A DNA stretch of 64,000 bases, from positions 8,122,001-8,186,000 of the forward strand of contig OZ336894.1 of NCBI GenBank assembly GCA_965287045.1. Direction: 5' to 3'. Position 1 is the stretch's first letter. Each line of letters begins with the position of its first letter. The position numbers were made by a program, and so were the translations under genes. The notes under the pieces were generated by a model, which worked only from the letters and a program-made list of their open reading frames with translations, was not told the origin of the DNA and searched no databases. Origin of the DNA: Carcharhinus amblyrhynchos (lineage: Eukaryota). This document shows, piece after piece, positions 1-13,195 of the stretch.

Positions 1-675
1 CAATTTTCTCATTGTGGTATTTGGTGAAACATAATGCTCAGGTGGGAAATTGAAGATTGTAACTGCTTAAGAAGCAGCTTCATGAGGAAATTGGATGGCA
101 CTCAGTGGTTGTGTAAGGGTATTTTTAGCTATTACTGAAATTGTTAGTTTGTTGAACTGCAGTATTGAGTTCAAGTTTTTAAAAGGGCTGTTTTTTGCGG
201 CCCATTTTGCTTTGTGGCATTTAATGTGTACAAGTCCATTTTGAATAATGCAAGGGATTTCACTTGGACTAGCTTAAGGCATTTGAAAATTCTGCTAATA
301 CAAGAGGCCTTTTATTTGAGCAGTCCCTGTGCCTAACCAGATGAGCATGTTCCGATTTAACTTTGTAATCTTGAAAAGGTGGTTGAACTATGTAGAGATT
401 GTTGGAATGGGAAAGAATATACCAGCTGCATTGAGACAGGATTACTGAGAAAGGGTTGGGGGGGCGGGCAGTAACAGCACATGGACAGGAAAAGAGATAT
501 ACATCTGCTATCTTGTAAATAAGATTGTGATGGTGTCCTGCCTAGGCACAGGGATATTTCATCAAGGATTTAGTCATGTTTGCCTAGATAGAAATACAAA
601 ACCCTGAGCAAAAGCAACCAAATTAGTAAAGGTGAATAAAATGAAATCGCCAATTAACTCACTTTATTATTTTAG

Positions 676-1131
676 TTTACAAGAATGGTTCCAGGGATGA
701 GGAACTTTGGTTATGAAGATAATTAGAGAAGTTGATACTGTTCTCCTTGGAAGAGTTAAGTTTGAGAGCAGATTTGATAGAGGTGCTCAAAGTCATGAGC
801 AGTCTGGACAGTGTAAATAGGGAAAAACTGTTCCCTGTCACAAAAGGATTGAGAGTGGGAGAGCACAGAAACAAATGTGATATTCGGAAAAACATTCTCA
901 CACACGATTAGCTCGGGTCTAAAATACGCAGCCAGATTCAATTGAAGAATTCAAAAGGATGTTTGATGTTTTTAGTCCAATAAACAATGTTTAAGGGTAC
1001 AAAGAAAAGGCAGGAGAATGGCACTGAGTTATAATGCCCATTTAGAGAGCCAGTGCAGACACAATGCCCATTTAGAGAGCCAGTGCGGACAGAATGGCTT
1101 CCTTCTGTGGCATAGCCATTCTATGATTCTG
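676..1131 (+). mobile_element. Decayed CR1-type LINE 3' end
   Basis: Degenerate RMVPGMR..Y..RLEKL.LFSLE..RLRADLIEV.K C-terminal ORF2 motif and ATTCTATGATTCT tail; contains a 30-bp tandem duplication at about 1033-1092. Confidence 0.8.
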
Positions 1132-2107
1132 ACTATCTAGAGGCATTGTATAGAAGCAAAAAGATCATGCTAAAGCTATTCCAGTCATAGTGGGAACACT
1201 GAGGAGTTTAGAAGTGAATTTCTGATAACTATGGGACATCTTACTTGGGCCTCAGGAGGCGTGAAGGAGCCCTCTAGATTCCATAGTGTATGCGGAAACT
1301 CTTGAGTGGAAATAAGAATAGAACAGGGAGTGCCCTATTGAGATTTTCAGGCTGAATGTATTTAGTGTGTAGTGAGGTGTTAGTACTTTCTTTGTTTAAC
1401 CCTTGTACAGAATTTTTTGTTTGATATGTAAATTTTGTGAAATTTACTTTGGGTAATAGGAGTTTAAATTTCTCTTTAAAAGTTAAATGTCTCCCTCTAA
1501 TAGTTGTGCAGGGGAACAATCCTTATAAAAATAAGGGACACGTTCTGGGGATGGGTTGGTGGGTGGTTCTGATGGGAGTGTTGCTGGCCACCGTAACTTC
1601 CCATAGTGCCTAGCATATGCAGTTTCATGCTCCCAAAGAGGCAAAGGCAAAAGGAGACTCCCAGGTTCAATCTCTCACAGGCTTTGCCTTAAGGGACAAA
1701 AGGTATACAGTCAAAGTAAGGAAAAATCCCTTAAGTACAGCACAGTTTGTCACCCTGTAGTGTGCATATCTCTATCCGGTATGACTGTGGCAGATGCCAT
1801 GAATTGTTTTAAAAGATAATGGGAGGAAAAAGAAGAATATAAAAAGTACTGAGTGAAGAGATTTAGATTGCTTATCATGGCTCATGCTGAGAAAAATATG
1901 AACAGATAATTATTGTCTACATGGCAACACTGCATCTGAGATCCTACTCTGAGGAAGAGAAATTCACCAGGTTGCACCAATTTAAACATAAAATGAAATT
2001 GCCTGTTAATGCATGCATTGCCAGGCTGGATTAACAACCTGCTCCTCGATTAAATTCCTATTAGTTCAGGCATTGTGGTTTGGGGGTTACTAAACTGCTT
2101 TAAAAAA

Positions 2108-2965
2108 TATTATTTTTCATCGATGTGGGCCTTGCTGGCAGGCCAGCATTTTTGTTGCCCTTGGGAAGGAGGCGGTGAACCGCCGCAGCCCATGTGGTGC
2201 AGCTACAACAACAGTGATGTTAAGGAGGGTGTTCCATGACTTTCACCCAGTGACAGTGAAGGGACATCAATGTATTTCCAAATCAGGATGGTGAGTGACT
2301 TGGAGGGGAACCTGCCGGTGCTATGGTTCCTGAGTGACTGCTGCCTTTGTCCTGATGGTTGATAGTTGATAGATGGTTGGGTTTGGATGGTGCTGCTTAA
2401 GGAATCTTGGTGAGTTCTGCAGTGCCTCTTGTTAGTTGGTGTACACAACTGCCACTCAATAGTGGGGTGACTGGATGTTTAAAGTGATGGATGGAGTGCC
2501 AATCAAGAGGCTTCTTTATTGTGGATGGTGTTGAGTTTTTTAGTGTTAATGGAACTGAACTCACCCAAGCAAGCGAAGAGTATTCTGTCACACTCCTGAC
2601 TTGTACCTTGTAGATGGTGGGCAGCATGGTAGTACAGTGGTTAGCACTGCTGCCTCACAGCACCAGAGACCCAAGTTCCATTCCAGCCTTGGGTCACTGT
2701 CTATGTGTGTGTGGAGTTTGCACGTTCTCCCTATATCTGCGTGGGTTTCCTCGGGGTGCTTTGTTTTCCTCCCACAGTCCAAAGATGTGCAGAATAGGTG
2801 GACTGGCCATACTAAATTGATTCTAGTTTCAGGGGAACTAGCTAGGGTAAATACACGGGGCCTGGCTGGGACTATGGTCGGTGCAGACTTGATGGGCCGA
2901 ATGGCCGCCTCCTACATTGTAGGATTCTACGGACAGGCTTTGAGGAATCAGGAGGTGAGTTACGC
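2108..2965 (-). mobile_element. LINE 3' end (CR1 group, shark long-tail family) interrupted by a V-SINE
   Basis: Minus-strand ORF remnant IYKVQVRSVTEYSSLAW; tail gatgtgggc..gctggcaggccagcattt..ttgccc shared with 39545-39690, 53020-53480 and 28976-29113. Confidence 0.75.
2619..2929 (+). mobile_element. HE1-like V-SINE, CR1/HER1-type tail
   Basis: tRNA-derived head (cagtggttagcactgctgcctcacagc), V-domain (tgtgtggagtttgcacgttctccc...gggtttcctc), tail gatgggccgaatggcc...ggattcta. Confidence 0.9.
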
Positions 2966-4406
2966 TTCACATGATCCATATAACATTCATATGAGCTATG
3001 TATACTGTAGCTTGCAAAATTTAACAACTTGTAGATGTTATTGAGTGACCACAAAATAGATGGCTAGAAATATTTAATACAAAATTGTTGGTGACATGAG
3101 TACCAGAAGTATTTTGTTTTTTGTGTTTATATTTCAGACACCCTTTTCATGCACTATACTTGTATAAACAAGGGGTGGGTGCTTCTGACATTTTGATTTG
3201 CCAGTCAAAAGTGACCACAGTGATGCTCCTCACAGCAACACTCAAAGTAATTGCTAGGGCATTAAATGGGAAAAGGATAATTTTGGGTCTGATGTTTGTT
3301 TGTATGACTGCATTTTTTTTAACCAGCTTTTGAATTTCATATGGTATTTTGATAGTAACAATTGTAAATTGATGGGCCTAATTTTGTTTCTGTATATTTT
3401 GTATGCTTTATATAAGTCAGCAGAATAACTTGCACATTCTTTGGTTTGTAGTAAACGGGGGAGTGTGTCCCATTATTGAAGTGATGACATCTTACATTCT
3501 TTCACATAAAAAAAATCTTTAAAGTGAGCTCTGTTTACTTTCAGACTTCCTGAATTGACAGTTCTGTTGAATTTAGATTTTCCTGAGACACAATGAATTA
3601 GTATGGATTTGAATTTCTGAATTTTCCAGAAAAACAATTGCTTAGCAGACTGTAGTTTTTTGAGATGTATTTCTTCCTGTTTTGCCCCCAAACTATTGAA
3701 GCTCTTAATGCTATTGCTAAATTGCAGAAGGTACATACTACTTTCAATTTATATAGTACATTTGTTAACTAACACAGCATGCAAGTGCATCAGTATTCTG
3801 TGGCCAGAGATGATTCTTTAAAATATAGGTCAATCCCACCCCCGTGTTTCCAATTTTCATTGTGCTGAATGAAAGTTAGGTATTCATTCAAGATGCTGGG
3901 TGAAGAAGTTTGATTACATTTAAGTAATCAAGTAGAGGATTAAGATTTGGCAGTGTAGAGACCAAAGTAAAGAAGTTTACATTGTGTCCATTTTTTTAAA
4001 AGCAGATGCATTAACTTATTTGAAGAATATGTTCTTCAAAATATTTCCATGTCCTGTAAAAGTTAGTGCCAGAAAAATTATAATCCTTTCTTAATGTTGC
4101 CTGTCAAATGAAATAACCAACTGTTATAATGTTGTTGTTGTGATATTGTTGTCCAATTTGTTAACCAGAAGAAACCATGTGTGACCAATTACAAATCCAG
4201 ATGTGGCTAATTGCATTTCTGATTAAATGAAAAATGAGTAATAGACATCATCTTTGGACATATGATCTTACTTATACATGTCGCATGAGTACTTTAACTA
4301 GTTGTTCATTTGTAGTAAAATTATGGAGATGCAAAGAATATGCAAGTGTTTTTGATTGTTGAATGCTTTAGCTCGGCCACTGTATAGTGGTAAATGTTTA
4401 AACACA

Positions 4407-5139
4407 TTTTGATTTATTATTAGTGAAAAGTATTGTTTCTTGGCGCTATACAGACAAAGCATACCATTCATAGGGAAGGAAATGAAAGAGTACAGAATGT
4501 ATGTTACAGTCATAGCCAGAGTGTAGAGAAAGATCAACTTAATACAAGATGGGTCCATTCAAAAGTCTGGCAGCAAGGAAGAATCATAGAACCCTACAGT
4601 GCAGAAGGAGGCCATTGGGCCCATCAAGCCTGCAGTGACCACAATCCCACCCAGGCCCTATCCCCATAATCCCATGCATTTACCCTACCTAGCCCCCCTG
4701 ACACTAAGAGGCAATTCGTCATGGCCAATCCACTTAACCAGCACATCTTTGGACTATGGGAGGAAACCGGAGTACCTGGCGGAAACCCAGGCAGACACGG
4801 GGAGAACATGCAAACTCCACACAGACAGTGACCCAGGTTGGGAATCGAACCTAGGTCCTTGGTGCTGTAAGGCAACTGTGATAACCACTGTGTCACCATG
4901 CCGTCCTAGCACCAGCTGTTCTTGAGCAGGTTGGTACGTGACCTCGGACTTTTGTATTTTTTCCTGATGGAAGAAGGTGGAACAGTGAATGTCCGGGGTA
5001 CATGGGTTCCATAATTATACTGGCTGCTTTGCCAAGGCAGCTGGAAGTGTAGAGTGTGTCAATGGATGGGAGACTGGTTTGCGTGATGGACTGGGCTACA
5101 TTCATAACTTTTTGTAGTTTCTTGCAGTCTTGGGCAGGA
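4407..5139 (-). mobile_element. Rex1/Babar LINE 3' end, interrupted by a V-SINE
   Basis: Remnant QDCKKLQKVMNVAQSITQTSLPSIDTLYTSSCLGKAASII..P..PGHSLFHLLPSGK; same family as 20399, 22131 and 45655. Confidence 0.85.
4581..4906 (-). mobile_element. HE1-like V-SINE, CR1-type tail
   Basis: Reverse complement of the SINE at 2619 and 25818; nested in Rex1. Confidence 0.9.
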
Positions 5140-6784
5140 ACGTTATATGCGTGCTTGTGAAATATATTTACCTGTATTAAAATTAAAGCAAGGTGATTAG
5201 TCAACAATAGCTGTGGGTTAATATTCTTGTCAGATATGTTACTGTAGTTCATGGAATGATTACCACAGAGGAGGGAATTTGGTCCATTATGTCCATTGTC
5301 AAAATATATTGGCATAAAATTTGGCTTGTAGGATTTGTCTTTACATACCTGTATCCTTTAGAATGGAATAACTTGTGTTGTACAAGATGGACAATATATC
5401 TGAGTTAATTTAACTATGATCTGTCCTGTATGTTGTGCCATGGAATAGTCAAATCTAGATTTGTATAGTTGTTCTCAATATGATGAAGTTTCCAATCTCT
5501 GTTTTAAGTGATGGATGGCAGATCCCGAGAGGAAGGAAAATTTTTGAGGGGTCATTGCTGTGCTTGCTCTGGCATTTGGTTAGTGATAGAGCATTGTTGT
5601 GGAGTATGGTGATTAGGTTTCTGGTCAAGTGGAGGAAAGGAATTGCGTGAAATGACTTGAAGATCCAAGTAATTTGAAACTAAGCAAATCCGTATTCATT
5701 GTGTTTTTAAAATTTGGATTTTCAGTAATATGTTTGAAACCTTGACTGACAGAACCAGTAGTTGCCACACCCTGAAAAATCCACTTGAGCAGTTTGCTGT
5801 GCCCTGCGAACTCAAGAATTCCTAGTAATTATGTGCATTTCCTGTTGGTAAATATAAAAGTTGCTACTGCAGTCTATAAAAAGCCTCTGAATAGACAGTT
5901 TTACCATGTCATTGTGTTATTGTCTTGTGAATTCTTAGAAAAATAGTCAATGTAATGGATATATTAACATACATTACTTGAGATGATGTGAATGATGGGC
6001 TTCACGTTAAAGCACAACAAATGTTTTCCAGCAATTCTGTATGGGGAAGCTTAACTAGTATTGGTAAATTTCACAAACTTCCTAAAAATATCGACCATCC
6101 TTGTTACCACCATATTAACTTCCACACAAGGAAAAATACTTATCATTGAAGAAAGCAACACTTAGAAATCTCATGCGCATTCACTTATTCCTTTGGAGTC
6201 TTTTCATAAATCCCATGTAGAAGTCCAATGATTCCATTTGAAACTAGGGCAGTAGGAAATAGTTAGATTTTAGAAATGTAACGTAATTCAGCAAATTTCA
6301 AGCATTTTTGGGCTGCTTCAAAATGTAAAATAATGGGCTGATTCATTTTTTGCTCCCTTGCCCACCTCTTGCAGAAAGTAGTTGCTCATATTGAAATTTG
6401 TGTCAGCATCTGTTATGTACTTTGTAGAATGATTGTTCTTTAAATCAAGCCTGGATAGATGTTGGCAGATTATTAATTCAGGAAACATTACTTTTACTTT
6501 GAGCTCAATTCTATCTTTGTTTTACACCCACGCATCCACTTAAGCAGTGGTTAGCAGCCAGGGTCAAACACATTTGCTTTCCATTTATGATCATTCTAGT
6601 TTAGATTTTCGAACTCGGCACATGTGAGTCAAAAGAGGAACCTTTACCTAGTACTTACAAGGTGCATTCTTTATTGCACCCTCGGGAGAATTCAGATCCC
6701 TCTACTCTAGCATCTGCTTAAAAAATTTACTTCTTATTTTGTTTTGTCTCTCTACCACATTGTATCATCTCGCATAACCTTTTT

Positions 6785-8350
6785 TGAACAAGGGCATAAC
6801 ATTTGCAATGTTCCAATCGTCTGGAGCTTATGCTGAGTCTAGAGAAGACTGAAAGATTATGGCCAGTGCGCCTTCAATTTCCATTCTCACTTCCTTCGAT
6901 ATTCTTGATGCTTCTTGTCCGGTCCAGTCCAGTAGTGCCAGTCTATTCATCACTTCCTCCGTATCAATTTTGAACTCTTCTAGGAGCAGAGTTTCCTTGT
7001 CTGACGCCATGGCCTGGATGGCATCTATCTCCTTGGTAAAGTCAGATGCCAGTTTTTTATAGTACCTCAGCCATGTTGCCAGCCTCCATCTGTAAATTCC
7101 CTTTTAGGTCCCTCACCAATTTACCACTCTTTTACTACTGATATGCCTACAGGGATTGCCCTTTATGTTGGCTGCCAGTCTTTTCTCATAATTCTTCTTT
7201 GCCTCTCTAATGTGCTTTTTCATCTCTTGCCAGAATCTTTTATATTTCCCTTAGTTCTCAATTATATTTTTGATCTGACGTCTGTCATAAGCACACCTTT
7301 TTCTTCCTTATCTTAACTTTTTTCTCCTTTTTTATCCAGGAAGTTTTGGATTTATTTGCACCACTTTCCCTTTTAAGGGAGTATACATTGACTGTGTCTG
7401 GACCATTTCTGTTTGGAAGGTGGACCATTTCTGTTTTAAAAGTAGTCATTGTAGGTTTTCCTGGTTAATGTTTTGTTCCAATCTAACCAGTTCAGCTCCT
7501 CTTTTGCCCATTGAAGAGGGCTTTCCTGCAGTTAATTATATTTACTCTGGATTGCTTATTATCCATCCTTTTCTATCAATATCCTAAACTTAACGATACA
7601 ATGATCACAGACTCCTAAAAGATCCCCCACTAACTGCTTTCAAAAATTTTCTTGATCACAATCCAAGAACTTTTGCCCCTCTCTAACTTTTACCCAAATG
7701 TCGATCTGGGTAAAGGTAGTAAAATTGAAGTTCCCCATTTTAACTACTCTTATAGTGTTTGCATTTCTTTGTAATTTCCCTGCAGAATTGTTCTTCTACA
7801 TCATCTCATTAGTTGGAGGTCTACAGAGTACAATGAGCAATGAATTGCACCTTTTTGTTTCTTAGCTGTTGCCAAATTAATTCTGGCCTTGAACCCTCTG
7901 GGAAATCCTCTTTCTCCAGTATTGCAGTGCTCTCCTTAACCAATACAGTCACCCTCCCCCTTCCTTTCCTTTTCTATCTTTTCCGAACAACTTGTATCTA
8001 GGAATTTTTCACACCCAGTCCTGCCCTCCCTTGACCCAGGTGACTGTTATGGTCACAACAATCGTATTTTCATAACACAATCTGTACCTGTAACTCTCCA
8101 CTCTTACTGATTATACTCAATGCATTCACATACATGCATGGTAACCCTGTTGGACATTGTTATTTTCTTCATTCTTTGGACTTTGCCTATTAACTTATTA
8201 TTCTTTTTATTAGTGCTTTCTGTCCTTCCCAGTGTTTTGTGCTTCCTGGTATTCCTCTCATGTTTCCTATTGATTCCCACACCCCTACCAAGTTGGTTTA
8301 AAGCCCTCTCAACAGCACTAGCAAAATGTCCCACAAGGAACTTGACCCTG
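6785..8350 (-). mobile_element. Decayed CR1 LINE internal fragment (ORF1 end, endonuclease, linker)
   Basis: Remnants ALAIIFQSSLDS (ORF2) and GHFASAVERALN (ORF1 C-terminus); many stops and frameshifts. Confidence 0.75.
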
Positions 8351-10852
8351 GAACCAGCAAGGCAATAGAACTATCTTGGAGTCACATTTATCACCATGGT
8401 CTTCCTCCCCAGGTCTCTTTCTTTGTCTGAGTCTGTATTTCCAGCAAGACTAGCTGCCCCTTTTGTGTCAAGGTGCAGTAACTGGCACTTGAATCTCTAT
8501 TGGATTTTACCAGGGCTTCTGTCCCCATTAAAACTGAATCACATGTACATGTCTTGGTCAAATGTAGTACAATTTCACTATCCCCCATTCCAGGACATTT
8601 TGTTTTGCGTTGAAATAAAAGTTAATAGCATAACCAAATATAAAATCTTACATTCGTAACAACGTGAAGGACTATAACGCTTTGCTTGACAAAACTTATC
8701 AAAATATTGGCAATGTTTTCTAAATTCAGAATTCTGGCAATTTAGATTAGGATTGACTTTGGAACCAGAATAACTAGCTACACCAGTATCCAATTGAAGT
8801 TGTGTATTTTTTTCTTTGTATGGTGAGAGCAAACCACACCTAATAATTTAAAAACAGCTTTTTTTTGAATTCTGTTGAAGTATGTCATGGAATCAAAGTG
8901 CCTGGAATATTGGACATTCTGATGCTGCAGGATACTTATTTCGTTATTAGCAAGCATATTTCAAGAAAAGCAAGTTATGCTTGCTTTATGGGAGCATTTA
9001 ACTATAAAAATATCAATTTTACTTGAAGCATTTTTGAAGTAGCAAATTAAACCTAGGTGTGTAGAGAAAGGTGGTGATGAGTTGGAGGCACCTGATAGCC
9101 ATTTTGGTGCGGTGTGAGCCATTGAGTTTTATTGTATGAAGATGTCTTGCAACTCGGTAGTCGATAGAAATCTAAAATGGTTCAACTAGAAAAGTGAACA
9201 CTTGCTCAAGTTAAATTAATTTCGTCCCATGGTGTGAATGAAATGTTAGCTCTTGGGCAAACCAAGGCCAATTTTGACCATTTTAATAGATTTGAATTTA
9301 AATTGAACCCTACAGGAATGATTGTAAGCTGATTCTTTTCCTATCAAATTTATAATTCTGCTGCTATTCTGATGCCTTCGAGTGAGCAATTGTAATCTTG
9401 TTAGCCGAGTAATAGTAATCAAATTTTTTTTGATCATAAATCTGAATGGCTGTTTGTAGTCACCAACAGCTTTCTCACTCTTCATGATGAAGATGAGATG
9501 CACCTCTATATCCAGTAATCTGTAAAAGACCTGTTAGGTTTACCTTCATCTAAATATATAAAATTAACATGGGATAAATTATTTCAATATTTTAATATAT
9601 TTTTTTAAAATTGGCATTCAAATCAGCTTTGTAGAATTGTTAAGCATGTTATATTTATTAATTCTCCATTTGTCTGCTATGTAATCTGAGTTAGTCAGGA
9701 ATGTCTCCTGGTAATAAATCTAATCACAAGTGGGGTAATTTTAAAAAATCAAATTATTAACATGAACAAGTCCTTGCAGTTGTATTTACCGTGTAAATCA
9801 TGTAACTGTAGTCCTTTTTACAAAGGTGAATGATTGTGAGATGCCACATTGAAAATGAGGTGAAATAAAGCTCTTCTCATAATTTAATGATGGCTGTGTA
9901 AATTATCGACATTTGGAAGGTGGGCATGAAGTAGATTACAGTAGGATTAAGTCTTGGATGCAACTTGCATTGTGAGGAGAGCAATGAGAGATCGAACGTG
10001 CACCTTGTAATTTGGTTCAGTGAAATTTTCATGTGTTTCTGTAAGTCACTTCTAATGGAGGAAAAAAATACAGCTCTGTTTGAGAAATGACAACAAAGTC
10101 AGGAGTGGTTGGGGGCTGCCTTTGTAGGCTTAATATCAGGACTTAAACGCATCACAGTTGGTTTGATTCTTTGCCAATTAGAGAGACCTGATAAAATTCA
10201 AGGTGTGAGCATGGTTTGAATTCCAAGCATGGTATTAGATTTAGCGATATTAGTCAGCTAGTTCAACATCTGATCAGAATGCAAAACAGAACTGATAACT
10301 GAAGGCAAAATCAATAATCTACAGCATGTTTAGTGAAACATGGGCTGACTTTTCTTCTTTCTGTGCCTGGAGGAAATCGGACCTGCTCCGATCTTGCAGT
10401 TTGCTTTGTATGAGGGCATTATACCTTCATGGCTTCTCCCAGCTTGATTCTTGCAGAAAAATCCAGTATATAGCATGATTGTCATTCTAGCATCTGGAAT
10501 GATGGGAGTTGCATTAAAGAGGAATAAGCCTTCAATTAAACTCCCACGAAGACCTTCGCTCAACGCCGCCTGTGGCAGCCAATATGTTGGGTAATTAAAT
10601 GAAGCCCCCATTTCTACTACAGAAGGCCTGTCCTCCATCTATATCCTTATTTCTTTATGTCATCCGGTTTGGATATCCCTTGAACATGCCCTGAGATATT
10701 TTCTGTACGTTTCTTGGCATTTTCTGAAGTGCTCTTTGAGACTTCCATTGCCTCATTACAAGCAGCAAGCCCACCTGTTCTCTCCTTCCTCTTGCCAGCC
10801 TTCCTCAATCAAATTCTCTTTCCAACCCCTCCCAAAATTCAGATTTTGGAAT

Positions 10853-11020
10853 CTGAAACCAGAAGAGAAAATGCTGGATAAACTCAGCAGGTCTGGCAGC
10901 ATCTGTTTCGAGTCCAGATGACCAGCTTTGACAAAGGGCATCTGGACTCGATGTCAGCTCTTTTCTCTCCTTACAGATACTGCCAGATCTGCTGAGTTTA
11001 TCCAGCATTTAGTCTTTCAG
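10853..11020. mobile_element. Palindromic non-autonomous element, probably derived from an inverted Penelope pLTR
   Basis: 38-bp outer inverted arms (10869-10906 / 10973-11010, 2 differences) and 13-bp perfect inner arms (10908-10920 / 10939-10951). Confidence 0.75.
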
Positions 11021-12204
11021 TTTGATATGAAATAAAGCATGGGTGATCGAGAACAGCTTAAGGTAAATTGGAATGATTAGTGTTGCAGAATTTATTAGCT
11101 GGGGCTTGAGTGCAGGTGATCTGCACTTTTACAAACTAACAATTTGGTGGAATTCTAAGTGCTGTTCCAGTCATTCTTACATGATTACAACTGTTTCTAT
11201 GGCTTTTTAGAAATAGCTGGGAATTGGAAGGAATGTCATCAATAAAATCAATTGTTCCAAAGGTATTTTTGGAGGGTAGAATGTGTATACTTGCATTAAT
11301 AACATCAGGAAGCCATTCTGGAGTTTAATGCATCAAATAGTGGGTTAATGTTAATCAACAAATTTATTAACCGAGAATGTTTTGGTGATTGTGACACGAG
11401 TGTTTGTTCTGACTATATCTGATTCTGCAATCAATTTCCTTCAAATCTGGTTCCTTGCTAAGGTGTGTAATATAATTAGTTTTTACCTTTCTGATTTAGG
11501 AACCTTGCTAAGATTTTGTTTGTCTGCGCATAACCTGCATGGGCAGAATTTTATTTTGTTTTGATCTATATCTGTTGTTTTCTTTGTTTTCTCTAAACTG
11601 ATTGAAAAGGCTGTGAATTCTGGTTAATTATTCACTATTCTCTAACCAGGTCACTACTTAATCTTTTCAGCTTTACTGGGTAAATACCCCATACTGATTT
11701 TCCATACTGTAGCCCCTCATCCATGGTGATACCTTTTGAATTTATGTTCCTTTTCCACTTGTTTTCCACCCTCTATACAATAGGGTCCAAAGAGATTTCC
11801 ACAGTATTCCAGCAGAAGTAGTTTGTTATTCTTTCCTTCCATATACTGTGCCTTAGGATACAAAACCAAAGATTTGTTTGTTCATTTTTAAGGCTGTCAC
11901 CTACTTACATTTCCACTTTTCTTTATGGTACATATAATGTATCTTTCTTAGTGAAGCTTACTGTATTTAAAATCTTAGCATTATAGATATATTTTGGTCC
12001 TGTAATTCATTCAATCTGCTGGATGCTTCAGGTTTCTTAATTTGATAGAAGCAGATGTTAGTCTTTAGTATTTTTTTCTATAAATGGTAATATTCCAGGG
12101 TTACGTGCTGCAAAAGAATGCAAGGAATTTGTTTCTATTTTTACTGTTTATCACAATCAACCTGGAATGTGTTGTCCAGCACTGAGCCACATATACAAAA
12201 GACA

Positions 12205-12547
12205 AATGAGGGCTTTGATCGAGTAAATAGGGAGAAATTGTTTCTGTTGGCAAAAGGGCGGATAACAAGAGCACACAGACTTAATGTAGTTGGCAAAAGA
12301 ATCAGTGAGGAGACGAAAATACTTTCTTATGCAATGAACTGTTATGACATTGAATTCACTGCCTGGGAGGATGTTGGAAGCAGATTTGGTGTTAACTTTC
12401 AAATGGAAATTGGATAAGTACTTGAAGGGAAAAAATTGCAGGGCTATGGGAAAACAGTGGTGTGGGATTAATTGGATAGCTCTTTCAAACAACCAGTGCA
12501 GGCACAATGGGCAAAATGGCCTCCTCTATGCTTAATGTATGATCTGG
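12205..12547 (+). mobile_element. Decayed CR1 3' end
   Basis: GFDRVNREKLFLLA..RITRAHRL motif and CR1-type tail. Confidence 0.75.
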
Positions 12548-12834
12548 ATGCATCTAAAGGGAAGAATTGTGCTGTTTGTACCACATCCACTTACCATACT
12601 TTTGTTATACAACAAAATTATTCCTGCACACCCAAAATTCCACAGAAAGATACAAATGTCAACGAAGCACATTTATCCATCATGAACTTGCAGAGTTTCG
12701 GGTGTTTTTTTTATTCATTCGTGGGATATGGGTGTCACTGTCTGGCCAGCATTTATTGCCAACCCCTAAGGTGACTTGCTAGATCAGTAGATTCTTAATT
12801 CCAGATGTTGTTTTATTGAATTCAAATTGAACCA

Positions 12835-13195
12835 GGGGAGGTGGTGGCCTAGTGGTATCATTGCTAGATCATTGATCCAAAACCTCAGCTAACGTTCTAG
12901 CAACCCAGGTTCAAATCGCACTGCAGCAGATGATGGAATTTGAATTCAATAAAAAAAATTTGGAATTAAGAATCTACTGATGACCATGGAATCGTTGTCG
13001 ATTGTTGGAAAAACTTATCAATTCATTAATGTCCTTTTGGAAAGGAAATCTACCATCCTTACCTAGACTGGCCCACAAGTGACACCAGAGTCACAGCAGT
13101 GTGGTTGACCCTCAACTGCCCTCGGGCAACTAGGGAGGGCAATAAATTTGGCCAGCCAGCAATGTGCATGTCCCATGAATGAATTTTAAAAAAAA
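12835..13195 (+). mobile_element. tRNA-derived SINE (second shark family) inserted within an antisense copy of the same family (12705-12834 plus 13197-13293)
   Basis: A box tggcctagtgg, B box ggttcaaatc, tail gggcaactagggagggcaataaat...cccatgaatgaa-polyA; flanks are reverse-complementary halves of the same element. Confidence 0.85.

Noticed and set aside
1033-1092. 30-bp direct repeat (and the 20-bp repeat at 19938-19983) as a possible CRISPR-like or functional array
   Set aside because: Two adjacent units only, no spacers, inside decayed LINEs; simple slippage duplications in a eukaryotic genome.
2619-2690. tRNA-like sequences with A and B boxes
   Set aside because: SINE heads joined to V-domain or other SINE bodies; no complete cloverleaf or terminator, so no tRNA gene called.
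2588-3044. Recurrent ORFs of the type MVAQWLALLPHS / GRTCKLHTDS (also at 4599, 25784, 47678, 51420)
   Set aside because: Translations of V-SINE sequence, not genes.
8120-8368. Hydrophobic ORFs resembling membrane peptides (also 15641-15961, 33844-34086)
   Set aside because: Produced by T-rich antisense LINE or intronic sequence; no splice or homology support.
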